From the human T2T-CHM13v2.0 reference genome, Homo sapiens: a stretch of 64,000 nt of DNA. The stretch lies in NCBI RefSeq assembly GCF_009914755.1, contig NC_060947.1; one strand, 5' to 3'. The translations under genes and the position numbers were made by a program. Positions 40,704 to 52,830 of the stretch are shown here, in pieces. Numbering within the stretch: position 1 is the stretch's first letter; each line of letters opens with the position of its first letter. Under the pieces are notes generated by a model, which was not told where the DNA came from, did not search any database, and saw only the letters and a program-made list of their open reading frames with translations.

Positions 40704-41994
40704 TATTTGGTTTGCAAATATTTTCCGTGATTCTATGTGTTGGCTTTTTACATTCTTGTTGGGGACATTTGAAGCACAAAAGTTTTCAATTTTGGAAAAG
40801 TCCAATTTATCTAACTTTTTCCTTGGTTGCTTATGGGGAGGCTGTTTTAAATGAAAGAATAACCCATAGAAATGACCACTAGCCATTGGGATCTGCTAGA
40901 GGTTAACATGTGGCTGGAATCCTAAGGCTGGAAAGAGTGAATTATCTTTAATCCTATTACTGGGTTTAGAAAATGTTTTAGAATTAAATGATCATTATCT
41001 AGTTGCCAACAATTCTGTTGTTAACATGGTATAGATAGAAGCCTGGACTAGAATAAAAAGACTGTCACCTCTGGGTCTCCATTTTCAATGCCCTGGGATT
41101 GCAAGAGTAGCATAGAAACCTGATGGCTGGACAAGAGCAAGGGCATTTTGCTGTGCTTAAAATCAGCTTTGAATTCAAGGGCTGATTTCTAACTCACTGT
41201 TTAATCCTCTGACCTTGATTTGAATCAAATTTCCATTTGAAAATAAAGAGCCTCCATTTAAAAACTTTTAACCAACATTTTAAATTGCAAAAATTTAAAA
41301 TGTTAGTTAAAAATTGAAAAAGTTTAAAAGCCAAGAGAAAGTTGTTGGTAACTCTAGCTTGAGATCTTGCTGTGTATGACACAATGAAGGAATTTTGAAG
41401 TTTTTTAAATAAGATCATGGCTGTGGTGAGTGTGGGCCTTTGCTAATTTCTGAAATTTGCTCTGGAGGCTCTCCGTGCATCTGAGCAATTTATTCAGTGA
41501 ATCTTCCACTTTCTGAGTTAGAGGGAATCTTAGAAGTCATCTAATCCAAACCTCCACCCCTTTTTCAAATCTGCTCTCCAACAATAAGTGGAATGTGGCA
41601 GAGAAAATGCCAGTAAGAACCATGAGGGGATGGGCGGCTTAAGGATGTTACGCCTGCTTCAGAAAGAATAGACACTAAAGGAAAGGAAATAAATGAAATG
41701 AGGAAGGGAGTTGAGTGAGAGCAAAATAAATAGGGTTTGCAAAGTCTAAGGAAGAAGGCCAGCTTTTGAGATTTAGTTGTGGAAAAAAAGAATTTCTAAA
41801 TTCCTGCCAGTTACACTTAATCACCCCCTTCTCTAGGGTCCTGTCTCATTTTATGGATAGTTCTATTCTGGTACTGATCACTGTCTGTCTCTCAGTGTGG
41901 TTACCTGTTAATATGTCTGTGTGTCCCTCTAGAATAGGAGCCCCTGGAGAAAAAAAGCCGTAGCCTTCCAGTGCCTGACTCTTAGGTCACTTCG

Positions 41995-42270
41995 CTGGCA
42001 GTATTGTGGCATGGCTACAAATATGGGCTATAGGGTCAATAAGGCTTGACTCTTGGCTTCAAAAATGCCACACTGGAAATCCCTCCTGGCTTTGACTGGT
42101 TCTATAACCCTGGGCAAGTCACTTAACCTGAGCCTGATATGCATGATGGGTGGAAATATATGAGTGACCTCATATGTAAGATGGGTGGAAATAATAACTC
42201 TCCTCTAACTCAGTTGCAAGGATGACAGCTGACCAGCGTGTTTGGTGCTTGGCAAATGGTAGTTGCTGAG
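41995..42270 (+). mobile_element. MIR, diverged
   Basis: accctgggcaagtcacttaacctgagcct. Confidence 0.65.
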
Positions 42271-43139
42271 ATTTGGATTATCAAGCCTCAAGAGATGCTT
42301 GTTGGGATTATTTGCATAGGGCAGGTGGAAGAGTCCTGGACCCACTGGAGGCACTATTCCAGCTGGCTTCTTATAGTGCTTAAATTGTTTTTAATTCTTG
42401 AGCCTCATAGTGATGACTTCCTAAATCTACTCAACTGGTCTACTTAGGTTCAGTATACTTAATGGTACATAACTCTGTTGTTATTTGGATCTGTTTGATT
42501 TCATTCACCTATCCCTTAGTCCAAGGTGACAGGTCAGGTTTCACCAGTGCTGTACTTCAGCTGCTGCCTGGGGAGACAATGGGTGGAAGTCATCCTGAGG
42601 AGTCAGGAAGCAAACCTGTGCTCCCTGTTTACTTCCAGGGCCCTGCTGGGGATCACTTTTACCTTTAGGGGTCTTTAGGTAGTTTAGACAAAATGGCAGG
42701 CTTTTCTGTTATTGGTAATTATAGTCATGATTGCTGTCACAAATCATTTCTTCACTATGTGAATCTATGTCTACTCTCTGCTAGGTGTTAGAATTAAAGG
42801 GTTGAAAGAGAGATTGTCTTTTCCTGAAAGAACACACAGTATAGTATAGAAGACCTGAGAATATAAGATAGTGTGGTGAGTGTTTTTGTTGGGGAAGTAT
42901 ATTGGGTGTCATAAGAGCATAGAGGAGGGGCATCATTCTCTTCTTTGGGACTTTTTAGAAAGCTTCCTAGAGGACTTGCCCCCTGATCTAAGTCTTGAAA
43001 GAGAACCCAAGTTATCAGACAAAATCAAGAAGGGAAATTCAGCCCAATCAGAGGCAATAGCATGTACAAAGGCAAGGAGGTGGGAGATGAGTTTGGCCTA
43101 TAGTGTAAGATGTGAGGAGGAGAGCAGAATGAGAAAATG

Positions 43140-43470
43140 ATAGTAACAATAGCAGCTAATAATAACACAGCATTTATCATGTTTTGGCACTGTGCTCACT
43201 ATTTAATAGTTAATAACTCACCTAAATGTCAAAACAAGAAAGCTAATAATTTAACAGCTAAAATGTAATGAACTCACCTCACACACCAGGCATTGGTATG
43301 GGCGGGTTTTGTGTACTATCTAATTTAATCTTTATTATTACCCCCTATTTTCAGATCAGGCAACTGATGTTGAAAGAGATTTGTTATTGGTCCCAGGCCA
43401 CATAGATGGCAATTGGCCGAGCTGGAATTTGAATCCGGAGATTGTCTGATTCTTGATCACTAGCCTACAG
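43140..43470 (-). mobile_element. MIR fragments
   Basis: ccctattttcagatcaggcaactga...gagctggaatttgaatcc. Confidence 0.7.
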
Positions 43471-43974
43471 AGGCAGCTTTTTTCTTTCTGTGCCTGTTGG
43501 GCAGACTGTATTACAATGAAAAATGATCTCACATTAGGTCAGTTTCCCTGGACACTAATTCGGCCTCCTAAAATTGTTTTTGAAATAAGGTGGGTCATAA
43601 TAAAATAACACATGCCCAAATGGACCCTGAAGTCAGCAGAGAGGTGAAAACTGGTTATTCCTGGAGAAGAATTTTTCTGTGCAGGAGTGGAGAGAATTCA
43701 GAAAATGTTATTCTGCATTCATGAGAAACTCCAGGGTCCTGCAATGTTTTTGTAGAAACACTAAATTCCCGTCTGGCCAAAGTAAACAGAGCATCACAAA
43801 TTGGGTTCCAACGCCAGTGGTGAGCTCTTTGTACAAAAGAGCTCACTCTTCCTTCCAGGCCATCAAAAGCCAATTTCCTTCCTGACAAAGCTTGCACTGT
43901 TAACCTAGGTTGCATCCAGCTGCATTCCCCTGCGATTTGTGAGACCACCTCTGTGACTCTAATTGTGGCTGAGA

Positions 43975-44190
43975 CTTCAGCTCCATTTGCAAGTACACCT
44001 GGATTCTGGCCCTGACTCTCACAGTGATTAGTTGTGTGACTATGGGTAAGTCCCTTAACTTCTCTGAACTTATTTTCCTCATCTGCCATGTGCAGCTATT
44101 AGTACCTTGCCTCCCTCACTGGATTGTGGGGGCTAAAATAAGGCATTATGTAGGGTGGGGTTTTGAGAATGCAAAAACATGAAACAAAAT
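43975..44190 (+). mobile_element. MIR
   Basis: gttgtgtgactatgggtaagtcccttaacttctctgaac. Confidence 0.75.
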
Positions 44191-45717
44191 GAGGTGATTT
44201 TTCTTCTCTGTCAATTTGGCTTGTCTCCTGCATTGACTTTTAAAAAACTCACTAAGGGCAAGAACAAAACCTTTTCCTTACCTTTTGGGAACTTGACAAT
44301 ATGATTCTTTTAGCCTTGCTGAGCATTTGCCAAAAGGACATCTTTGTGCTTTGGGCAGCTTCTTTATTAGGCCTTAGCAGCTGCTTATTTCTTTCATATT
44401 ATTATGATTTCATTTTGTAGACATTCTGTAGAGTGCTTTACCGCCGCCGCCCCCCCACCCCGCCCCATCTTTGAAAACAGTGGCGTTTGGTTGTCTTCAG
44501 AGCTCTTAAATAGTAGCAAAGGCCCCAAGCAGGCTTGAGTGGACTCCTTTCACTTGTGTGTATGAACACACTAGTGGCAGTAATTAATGAGGAGGATGGG
44601 CTTTGTAAACTGGGGACAAGTGAGTGAGTCATGGCACACAGGCTGACCCCCCTCACCTGGGCAGCCTCTGAGGACACCTGCCTCAGATCATTAAAGCCCC
44701 CTGCCCAATAGACATAGTCTGACTGCCTCTGCTGGTAGGGGTGAACAAAGCTGAGCATTTACTGGCTGGAGTGCAGGGATGAATGGCTCTTCGGCCAGGC
44801 CTGGCCCAGACAGCTGCTCATGCAAAGGGATTCCAAATGAACATGTTTCTATTTAGAACGTACATGTTTTGATTGAATTTGAAGAAAAGCATGAGGTAGC
44901 GCTCTCTTTGGAAAACAAACTAATTATGTACTCCTGTGTTGGCTGGTGGTTGGAAGCCGGGCATGTCCACAACAGCACTTCATGGAAAGAATTTTCTTCC
45001 CTGTTGAACATGAGACTCTTCTTTAGCACCACAGCTGATGCTTTTTGAAAATCACATGGTGGATAGCTGAAAACGAGCCTTTAGGGAAAGCTTCAGCACA
45101 GTAAATATTCTTTTTATATTGGTAATTACCACCACACAATTTTTTTGTTTTCTTAATTTGGATTGGTATATTTTGGGTTTTCCCTGGAGTTTGGATATGG
45201 GGTCTACTCAGATGATTTGCTGTCCTGTATGCAGTTGAAAAGTTCCAGGGATGCAAGAGCTGGTGGACCAAGTGACACCCCAAGAAGTTATTGGACTGAA
45301 CCATTTGCATTTCCATTCAGGTCATGCTGTCTCGGCCAAGCTGTTGACTTAGCACTGTTGTGACTTGGGTGGCTTTGACTCTTCCCATTCAGGCTTTAGA
45401 AACATCATTGAGTTAACAGGCCACACACCAATTCACCCTTCTCCCTCCCTACTCTTCAATCCCTTTGTGTTACATAAGGAGGCCTTTCCTTGCTACAAAA
45501 AGGTAGCAGGCCTAAGGTTCCATGAGCTCTGTGCCCCTTATACCACCCCCAATTTAGGCTTTGTGCAAGGCTGCTTTTGTTTCCCTCCAAGAATTAAAAG
45601 TTAATTGATACCTCAAATGGATGCTGGTCACAAAGCATTTCACCATCCAATGCAGTCCTGCATCCCATTAGATTAACCCTCTTCCGCAGTTCATTGTAAA
45701 TAAACATCCCACAACCA

Positions 45718-45718
<1 letters not shown>

Positions 45719-45756
<38 letters not shown>
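45719..45756 (+). repeat. Poly(A)38 tract
   Basis: Directly visible; no SINE or LINE body attached. Confidence 0.95.
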
Positions 45757-45759
<3 letters not shown>

Positions 45760-46580
45760 TACCTACCTGAAACATTGTATTCATTTGAGTTCTGCAGTGG
45801 GGCTAAAATTCTATGACAATGTCACTGGGTTAATTAATTTAGATTAATGACTCTTGGAGCTCTGTTTTCCTTTGCCTTCCCTATTTGTCACAGACTATTG
45901 AACAAGTATTTCCAAATGTCTGAATTTATTGGGCTATCCAGAGTTCTTCCAGAGATGGGTAGTCATCTCAGCCCTAGACCTTTAATTGTAATACTACACA
46001 TCCTCCTAAATGATCCTGATATGATAATCCAGTATGCATGGACTGTATATTCATACTGTTCTTCTAGTGAATTTATTTTCAGAGGAAAGAAACACATGAA
46101 TTTTTTTTCCAAACATGGAGGAAAAAATTTCTATGAGATCAACTGAAAGCACAGTGAAACTGACTCAGTTAAGTTGGGAAAGAAATAAAGAGCACCCAAG
46201 TTAGACTTTTGCTGTTACCCTGAGGTGCACAAGTGCACATGCCAATGACCTGACAGGTACTGGCAGAATCCAGGCTTCAATAAGATGTTCTGCAGTTTTG
46301 AGGCTTAGATAAATATAAATTGTTTTTCATGCTAAACAAACTTTCTCCATTACCTAGTTTCTGTTCACCTTCAGCTAAGGCCACACAGATAGAATAATTT
46401 TTGTTGCCATTAGAAGAATTTTTTTTTTTCTGTCGGTCAAGCTAATTAATTCAGTCATGTGTTGGAAAGACGATGGAAATATATATTTTATCAGCATCCG
46501 TATTTCTATTCCAGATGGTCCTACTTACTGCATAGTACTTCCCAAACACCTCTTAGAGTATGAGAGTGAAACCATGACTT

Positions 46581-47387
46581 CTCTAAAGAAGGTATACAAA
46601 CGGCCAACAAGCATATAAGAAGGCGCTCAACATCATTAGTCATCAGGAAAATGCAAATCAAAACCACAGTGAAAGATTACTGCATACCTACTAGGATGAC
46701 TATTATCAAAAAGTCAGATAATAACATGTGTTGGCCAGGATATGGAGAAATTGGATCCCTCTTACACTGCTAGCAGGAATGTAAAAAGGTACAGCCACTT
46801 TGGAAAACAGTCTGGCAGTTCTTCAAAGTGTTAAACATAGTGTTATATGACCCAGCAATTACACTCCTAGGTATATACCCAAGAGAACTGAAAATATTAT
46901 GTCCACACAAAAACTTGTACACATGTTTATGCAGCAGTATTCATAAAAGCCAAAAGAGGAAAACAATCCAAATGTCCACCAATAGCTAAATGAATAAACA
47001 AAATATGGTATATCCTTACAATGCAATATTATTCAGCCACAGACAGGATTGAAGTACTGATATGTACTATAACATGGGTGACCCTTGAAAACATTATGCC
47101 AAGTGAATGAAGCCAGTTACAAAAGGGTGCATATATACAAAATATTCAGAATAGGTGAATCTGTACAGACAGTAATTAGTGTTTTCCAAGGGCTAGGGGA
47201 AGGAGAAAATGGTGGTGGTTGTCATGAGTGATGGCTAAGTGATGCAGAGTTTCTTTTCTGAAAATATCCTAAAATTAGTTGTGGTGATGGATGCACAACT
47301 GCAAATATACTAAAAGCCATTGAGTTGTATACTTTAGGCAAATTGTATTGTGTATGAATTATATTTCAAAGAAGTGGTTAAAAAATT
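46581..47387 (+). mobile_element. L1MB 3' end with TSD
   Basis: ORF2 end and 3'UTR; TSD aaac(c/t)atgactt at 46569-46580 and 47388-47399. Confidence 0.88.
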
Positions 47388-48014
47388 AAACTATGACTTT
47401 GGACTTAGAGAAACAATATTTTATCTACCACATTCAAAACCGTAAGAAAAACTAAAATAAGCTAAAAGCAAGACAGCCGTGTATGATTTTCCTTGAAATG
47501 GGTATTACAGGGCTGAAGCATTTGAATGCAGCTTGATATTTTTGTTATTTTCCTTTAGTCTGCATTTAGATGAAAACAACTCAGCCCTTATTAGTTTTTA
47601 AGTTATGTTCAAAATAATATTTGTGATGCTGCTGAATTCTAGTTGTATCTTGGATTTGTAAGTTTTCCTGTTATTGGTTAAAGTAATGATGTAAGGATAT
47701 GTTGGTGGGTTGAACTTTTCAGCCTTAACAACAAACATTTTCTCTGAATGGCAATCAAGTTTTTCAAAGCTCTAAATTGGCAATGAGAGACACTAAGATT
47801 AGCATTTGAACATGTTTAATCATGAAACAAACTGAATATTTTCTTCCGTAAGGAGAAGAATCGCCTGCACTGGTATACCTGAAGATTAAGCCATTGGAAA
47901 TACTACGTCCTTTCCTCTAGAACCAGTCTCCATTTGCTCAGAAAAATGAGCAGTCCTATCACTCTGGCACAAAAACTGATGGGAGAGGCGTGCCCAGCCC
48001 ACTGATTACTTCTC

Positions 48015-48265
48015 AATAATAATAGTGACTAATGTTTTTGAGGTCTTGCCATGCATCATGTACTGTCCTGAATGATTTACACAAATCATTATTTAATGTT
48101 CGCAACCCTATGGCATAGATTTTATTATCATCTCTACTTTACAGATGGTGAACTGAAGCACAGGATGGTAGCACATAAGGTCACACATCTACCAAATGTC
48201 AAACCTGAGATTTGAACCCAATTCTGTGTGATACAGAGTCCTGTCCTTAGCCATACTGTTGTCAT
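48015..48265 (-). mobile_element. MIR
   Basis: tactttacagatggtgaactgaagcacagga...gagatttgaaccca. Confidence 0.8.
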
Positions 48266-48354
48266 GCCTCATTAGCTTCTTTTATGGGTTTTTTGTTTGT
48301 TTGTTTTTTGTTTTTTTAAAATGAGGGAGAGTGTCCCTAATCCTCTATGCCTTT

Positions 48355-48875
48355 AGTAGTGGTTCTCAGCTAGGGGCAATTTTGCCACACAGCAGACATT
48401 TGAAAATGTCTAGAGACATTTTTGCTGGTCATAACTGGGGGTGGGAGTCGGGACAGAGGTGGGGGTGGGGAATGCTACTAGATGCTGCTAAACGGAGGAT
48501 CAATTACAGTAGAAGTCCGAGATGCTGCTAAACAGAGGGTCAGTTACAGTGCCATGCTGAGTCATTTTGGAGCCTGAAACAAAAGGAAAATTTAGGAATA
48601 TTGATCTTACCTTTATTTAAAATTTTGATATTTTGTTCATCATGGAGTTTTGGGGCACTAATTTAGATGTTTTCAAAATATTTAAAAATATTACTTATCT
48701 TGATTAACGAGTTTTTTTGGTGTCCTCTTAAATTTCATGCCCAGGGCAAGTGCTTCATTCACCTCACCCTAGTTGTAATGCTATTGCTGAACATCCTACA
48801 GTGCATAACATAGCCCCTGAAACTAAGAATTGTCCAGTCCAGAATGTCAATAGTGCTGAGGTTGAGAAACCCTGG
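48355..48875 (+). mobile_element. MER20, interrupted
   Basis: agtggttctcagctaggggcaattttgcc...atgtcaatagtgctgaggttgagaaaccctg. Confidence 0.85.
48548..48775 (-). mobile_element. MER96B-like hAT element
   Basis: tttatttaaaattttgatattttgttcatcatgga...ttatcttgatta...cacctcaccctagt. Confidence 0.7.
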
Positions 48876-49449
48876 CCTGAAGTACTGGAAGAAGTTTCCC
48901 CATGGATGGGCAAAGAGAAAATAAAAGGAAAGCGCAATAATACAAGTCATAATAATAGCCGCCGTTTACTAAACTATTACTCTAATCTACAAACTGCTGC
49001 GCATGTGTTAGTGTTGATCTGTCTTTTGCCAAACCCACCCGGGGAGCCACTAGGCTGCTCTGCCCTCTAGCATCAGAGCTGTCCACTAACCATTAATTAG
49101 GTCATTGAACTGCGCTTGCATAGGGTCACAGAAAACAGTGCACCATATTGCTCCAACTGTAAGTGTAGAATGGGTTTTTTTTCCCCCAACAACAAAAGTG
49201 TGTTTTAAATCTCCTTGAAGAAAATCAGCCTTATAAATTGGGGAGCCATTTTGCTGAAGATTGTCACTGACATAACTTTGGGAGTTGCCGGAAGACACAA
49301 TCAGTTGTTGCAAATCAAGTGCTCCAGAGTATCTTTTCTGACGTGATTTAATGATTTGATAAGGAGTGTCAACTTGGTTTTAAACCTCACAGATATTCTT
49401 AGAAAACACTCCTGTACTTGCTTGCTGCTACTCAGAATTAGTAAGCAAT

Positions 49450-49640
49450 GGGGTGCTGTGGAAAGCTGGAGGGCTTCAAGGATGGACTGACCTAAATTCA
49501 AGCTGCTTCCACTATTTACTAGATGTATGACCTTGGGCAAATTAGTTAACATCTCCAGGTCACAATTTTCAAGGGATGGCGATGATAATATTACCTAACA
49601 GGGTGTAGCATTGGTGTGAGAATTAAATGCAATAGTAGGT
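49450..49640 (+). mobile_element. MIR
   Basis: atgtatgaccttgggcaaattagttaac. Confidence 0.7.
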
Positions 49641-49950
49641 CTCTTCTCTCCCTTGAAAAGTGTTATTAGGAAAAAGAAAAACTTTGTTGTTCTGATATTT
49701 TAGAAATCTAAAACTCGCTTCTATTTGGAGAAAATAAACTAGATTTCATCACCTTTAGCTGAAAATAATAATAATATTAATAATAGTAAAACATATGCAA
49801 CTTGAAAAGTTCTTTGAAGTTTTCACTATGAAAGTCCACTAGAACATCTTTCCTCCCACACCTCCCCATCGTTTTAAGGCTAGCAAGCTGTTAATTTGTT
49901 TCTCCAGTTTTTTTCTGAAGTGGGTCTTCACCTTATTCCTAAAGCCATCT

Positions 49951-50160
49951 GGGCTGGTTTAGCTCGGTCAGAGCCCAAAGCTAATGAGGCCAAGGTCAGG
50001 GCTGCATCCCCATGGGGAGCAGTTAGCTTGGCTCCCTTCTTTGGCCGTACCCTGCTTCCCTAACCCTACCAGCTGGCTTTCCACCACGTGTTTGTTTTAA
50101 AGGGGGGTGAGAAAGAAGAAGTGTGGCCATGGACCCTCGCTACCAGCAACAGCTGAAAGT
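49951..50160 (+). mobile_element. MamSINE1-like tRNA-derived SINE
   Basis: tRNA-Ile-like head gggctggtttagctcggtcagagc...gctaatgaggccaaggtcaggg...atcccc followed by cagttagctt...ccctaacccta body. Confidence 0.7.
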
Positions 50161-51589
50161 CTGAGTCTTTGTATGAAAAAGGTGGCACATGAAAACCAAT
50201 CCCCAATTCCACTGGGCCTTGAAGACAGATAATCAGCACTGGTGGTCATATAAAGGCAATGATCACAGTACAGATTATAATTATTTTCTTTCTAATTTAT
50301 CCCCTTTTTCCTGAGTGTCCGGCCCCATCAGAGAGTGGCAGCCACTTCCTGATGCTCTACCATGGTCCTTGGTTGTTTAGGACAACATAACTGATGCCTG
50401 CTGTTGTCAGCAATGCCATGGCAAGAACCTTCTGTGAAGGTTGCAACAAGGTTAAACGTTGGGAGGAGGTTCTTGTTAGTAGCATCCGGTTACTGTTGCT
50501 ATGATACATTTGGTGCATGATGGCAAGGCATTAACAAAAACCCTCTGTCATCCAAGGTGGAGACAGTTTTTCATCTGGCTTTTGATTTAGCTTCTGTTGC
50601 ATGTGTCTTTTAAAGGGTATTTGCTAACACACTACACCTGTATCACGGAGCAGCACATGTTTTATCATTTTGGTTGTAAACAGAAAATTATCAGCCAAGG
50701 TCCCCAGTAAAGAGAGAGTTTCTGCTAGGACTTCTTACCTATTTCATTCATTAGTATCAAAACAGAAATGAAACCAGTTTGAAACTTTTCAAGAATAATA
50801 TCTAAATTGTGCTCAAATATCTTCTGTGTGCACAGGATATGGACCTTCTGCTTCTTTTGGTGGCCATTTATGATTTCAAGGCATTGCCTGAAGCAAGAGA
50901 TGTAAGAAAATCAGAACTACACTCCATATGAATAAAATTATACACAGCTCAGGCTAAGGAAGGGCTAACGGGTGCTCAAGAATATTTCTAGATATAGCTT
51001 TTTATTAAGAAAAATTTCTGACATGTAAAAAAGTAGATTGATATCATGAGCCCTTAGGTACCTATCATTCAGTTTTCACGGCCTTCTCTGTTTCATCGCT
51101 TTCTCAACCTACCCCCCGCTTCTTGACTATTTTGAAACAAACCTAAGATGTGTCATTCCATTCATAAATACTTTAATAGATATTCCTACAACATTAACAC
51201 TTCAAAAACACTTTAAGTAGATGTGCAGAATGGCAGAAAATTCTGTGATGAGAGAGAAATCTCATCCTGAGTAGTGTCAGCTCTCCTGGTATCACACTTT
51301 TGGGTTACAAAAACTTTTAAAATCTAAAGAAGTGACTGGAGGGGTCAGAAGGGAACAGAATGTTTATGGGCCTTCAGAGGACTGTCACTAGATGAAGCAA
51401 AGGTACTGGCACCCAGGTGAATATTCTGGAAGAAGTCTACCACTAAGCTGCCCTGCAGCCTACAGCTGAGAAGTCAAAAAGAAAAGTTGGATAAATGATA
51501 AGAAGAGCAGCTCATCAAAAAGAGTGCATCAAGTGAGATTTGAACATGTTGCTGCTTTGTCTTTAAAAGTTGCCCCCAGATCATTATAA

Positions 51590-51800
51590 TAGTCATTAAC
51601 ATTTGAGCACTTACAATATACCATGTGCAGTTCATGGATTATCTCTTGTAATCTTCGAAATATCTGTGATATATATTGCAATTATCCCCATTTTACAGAT
51701 GAGGAAACTGAGGTCTAGAGAGACCTGAGGGCAAGGCAATGATTGGGATGCAATCAGTTTGACTCCAGTGCCATTATTTGTAACCACTATGTAGCCCTGC
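51590..51800 (-). mobile_element. MIR
   Basis: attatccccattttacagatgaggaaactgagg core. Confidence 0.85.
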
Positions 51801-52084
51801 CTTTCAACCAGCTTCGAAAGTCATAGGTTAATGGTCAATAAGATTTAAAAATTGAATAGTCATACACTCGTGGGCACTGAGACCTATCTGAATGTCAGCT
51901 TAAGTTCATTCCAGGTTATTTGGAACACATGCCTCTATTCATTTATTCATTGATTCACTCATTCATTCAGCAAACATTATATGAGCACCTACCACTAAAG
52001 TGTATGCTAGACACTGCAGTATACCAGGATCTCTCCTGCCTAAGTGGACTATTGAATGCAAACTCTTTTTGCTTTAGGGTGAGT

Positions 52085-52830
52085 GTATCTGTTTTAAAAT
52101 GAAGACTGTCAAAGGTGGAATGTGCAGTCATCTGGACTCTTGCTTGTAAATAACAGAGACCTACTTTAGCTAGCTTAGGCAAAAAGGAAAAATTTATTCT
52201 AAAGACTCTGGGGTTCTCAAGGAACCCAGGGGTAAGAATGTAGCTAGGCTTGACCTGGAACCAGACACTGTGTTAGTGGTCAGGACATTTCTGTGTTTTC
52301 ACTCCATCTCATCTGTGCCCCTTTCTGCATGTCAGCTTGATTCTTTCTTTCTCTGCTCCCCAGGCTATATGATGGCAGATGGCTATCTCTATTATCTGTA
52401 TGAATACAGATTACTTATTCTCTGATAGACTCAATAGCCTTATCTGTAAAATAGATTGTTCAATTCCAATGATAAAATGCATGTGGAAATGATTTGTAAA
52501 TGGTAAATGAGTATAAAAATGTTGTTGATCATTCTTATTACAGGACTTAAAATGGAATTTTCACCTCGTGCCTGTATTCGTATTATAGGCCCAGCTACCC
52601 AGAGTGAAACAAAATTTCCCTTAGTCTCAATTCCAAATTCACAGACAGCTGCCCACTTCTAGACCAGTTGGATGTGGTCAAGAAGGGGGCCGTGTTGTAC
52701 AAACGTGGCTGCCAGAGGATTGAAGAGTGGGGGCAATTCCAAGGAAAGGAAGGGAAAGGGGAGGCTATGAAGACAAACTAATAGGCATTCAATGAAGGAA
52801 CTGGTAACAAATACTAAAGAAGCACATGAA
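52085..52830 (-). mobile_element. Old MLT1 (J/K-like) LTR fragments with a MIR-like piece
   Basis: ggactcttgcttgtaaataacagagacctactttagctagcttaggcaaaaaggaaaattta. Confidence 0.55.

Larger units (their letters stand above)
36875..40830 (-). mobile_element. L1MB 3' end, host of THE1C and MER44
   Basis: Antisense L1MB 3'UTR/ORF2 resumes in register after each insert (gagttcc|catttctctacatcc; tcagata|tatttggtttgcaaatattttc). Confidence 0.85.

Noticed and set aside
43655-44089. 144-aa ATG ORF on the minus strand
   Set aside because: The N-terminus is the MIR core (DEENKFREVKGL); no homology or exon structure is evident.
49951-50025. Possible tRNA-Ile gene
   Set aside because: The cloverleaf and B-box are degraded and it is followed by a SINE body.
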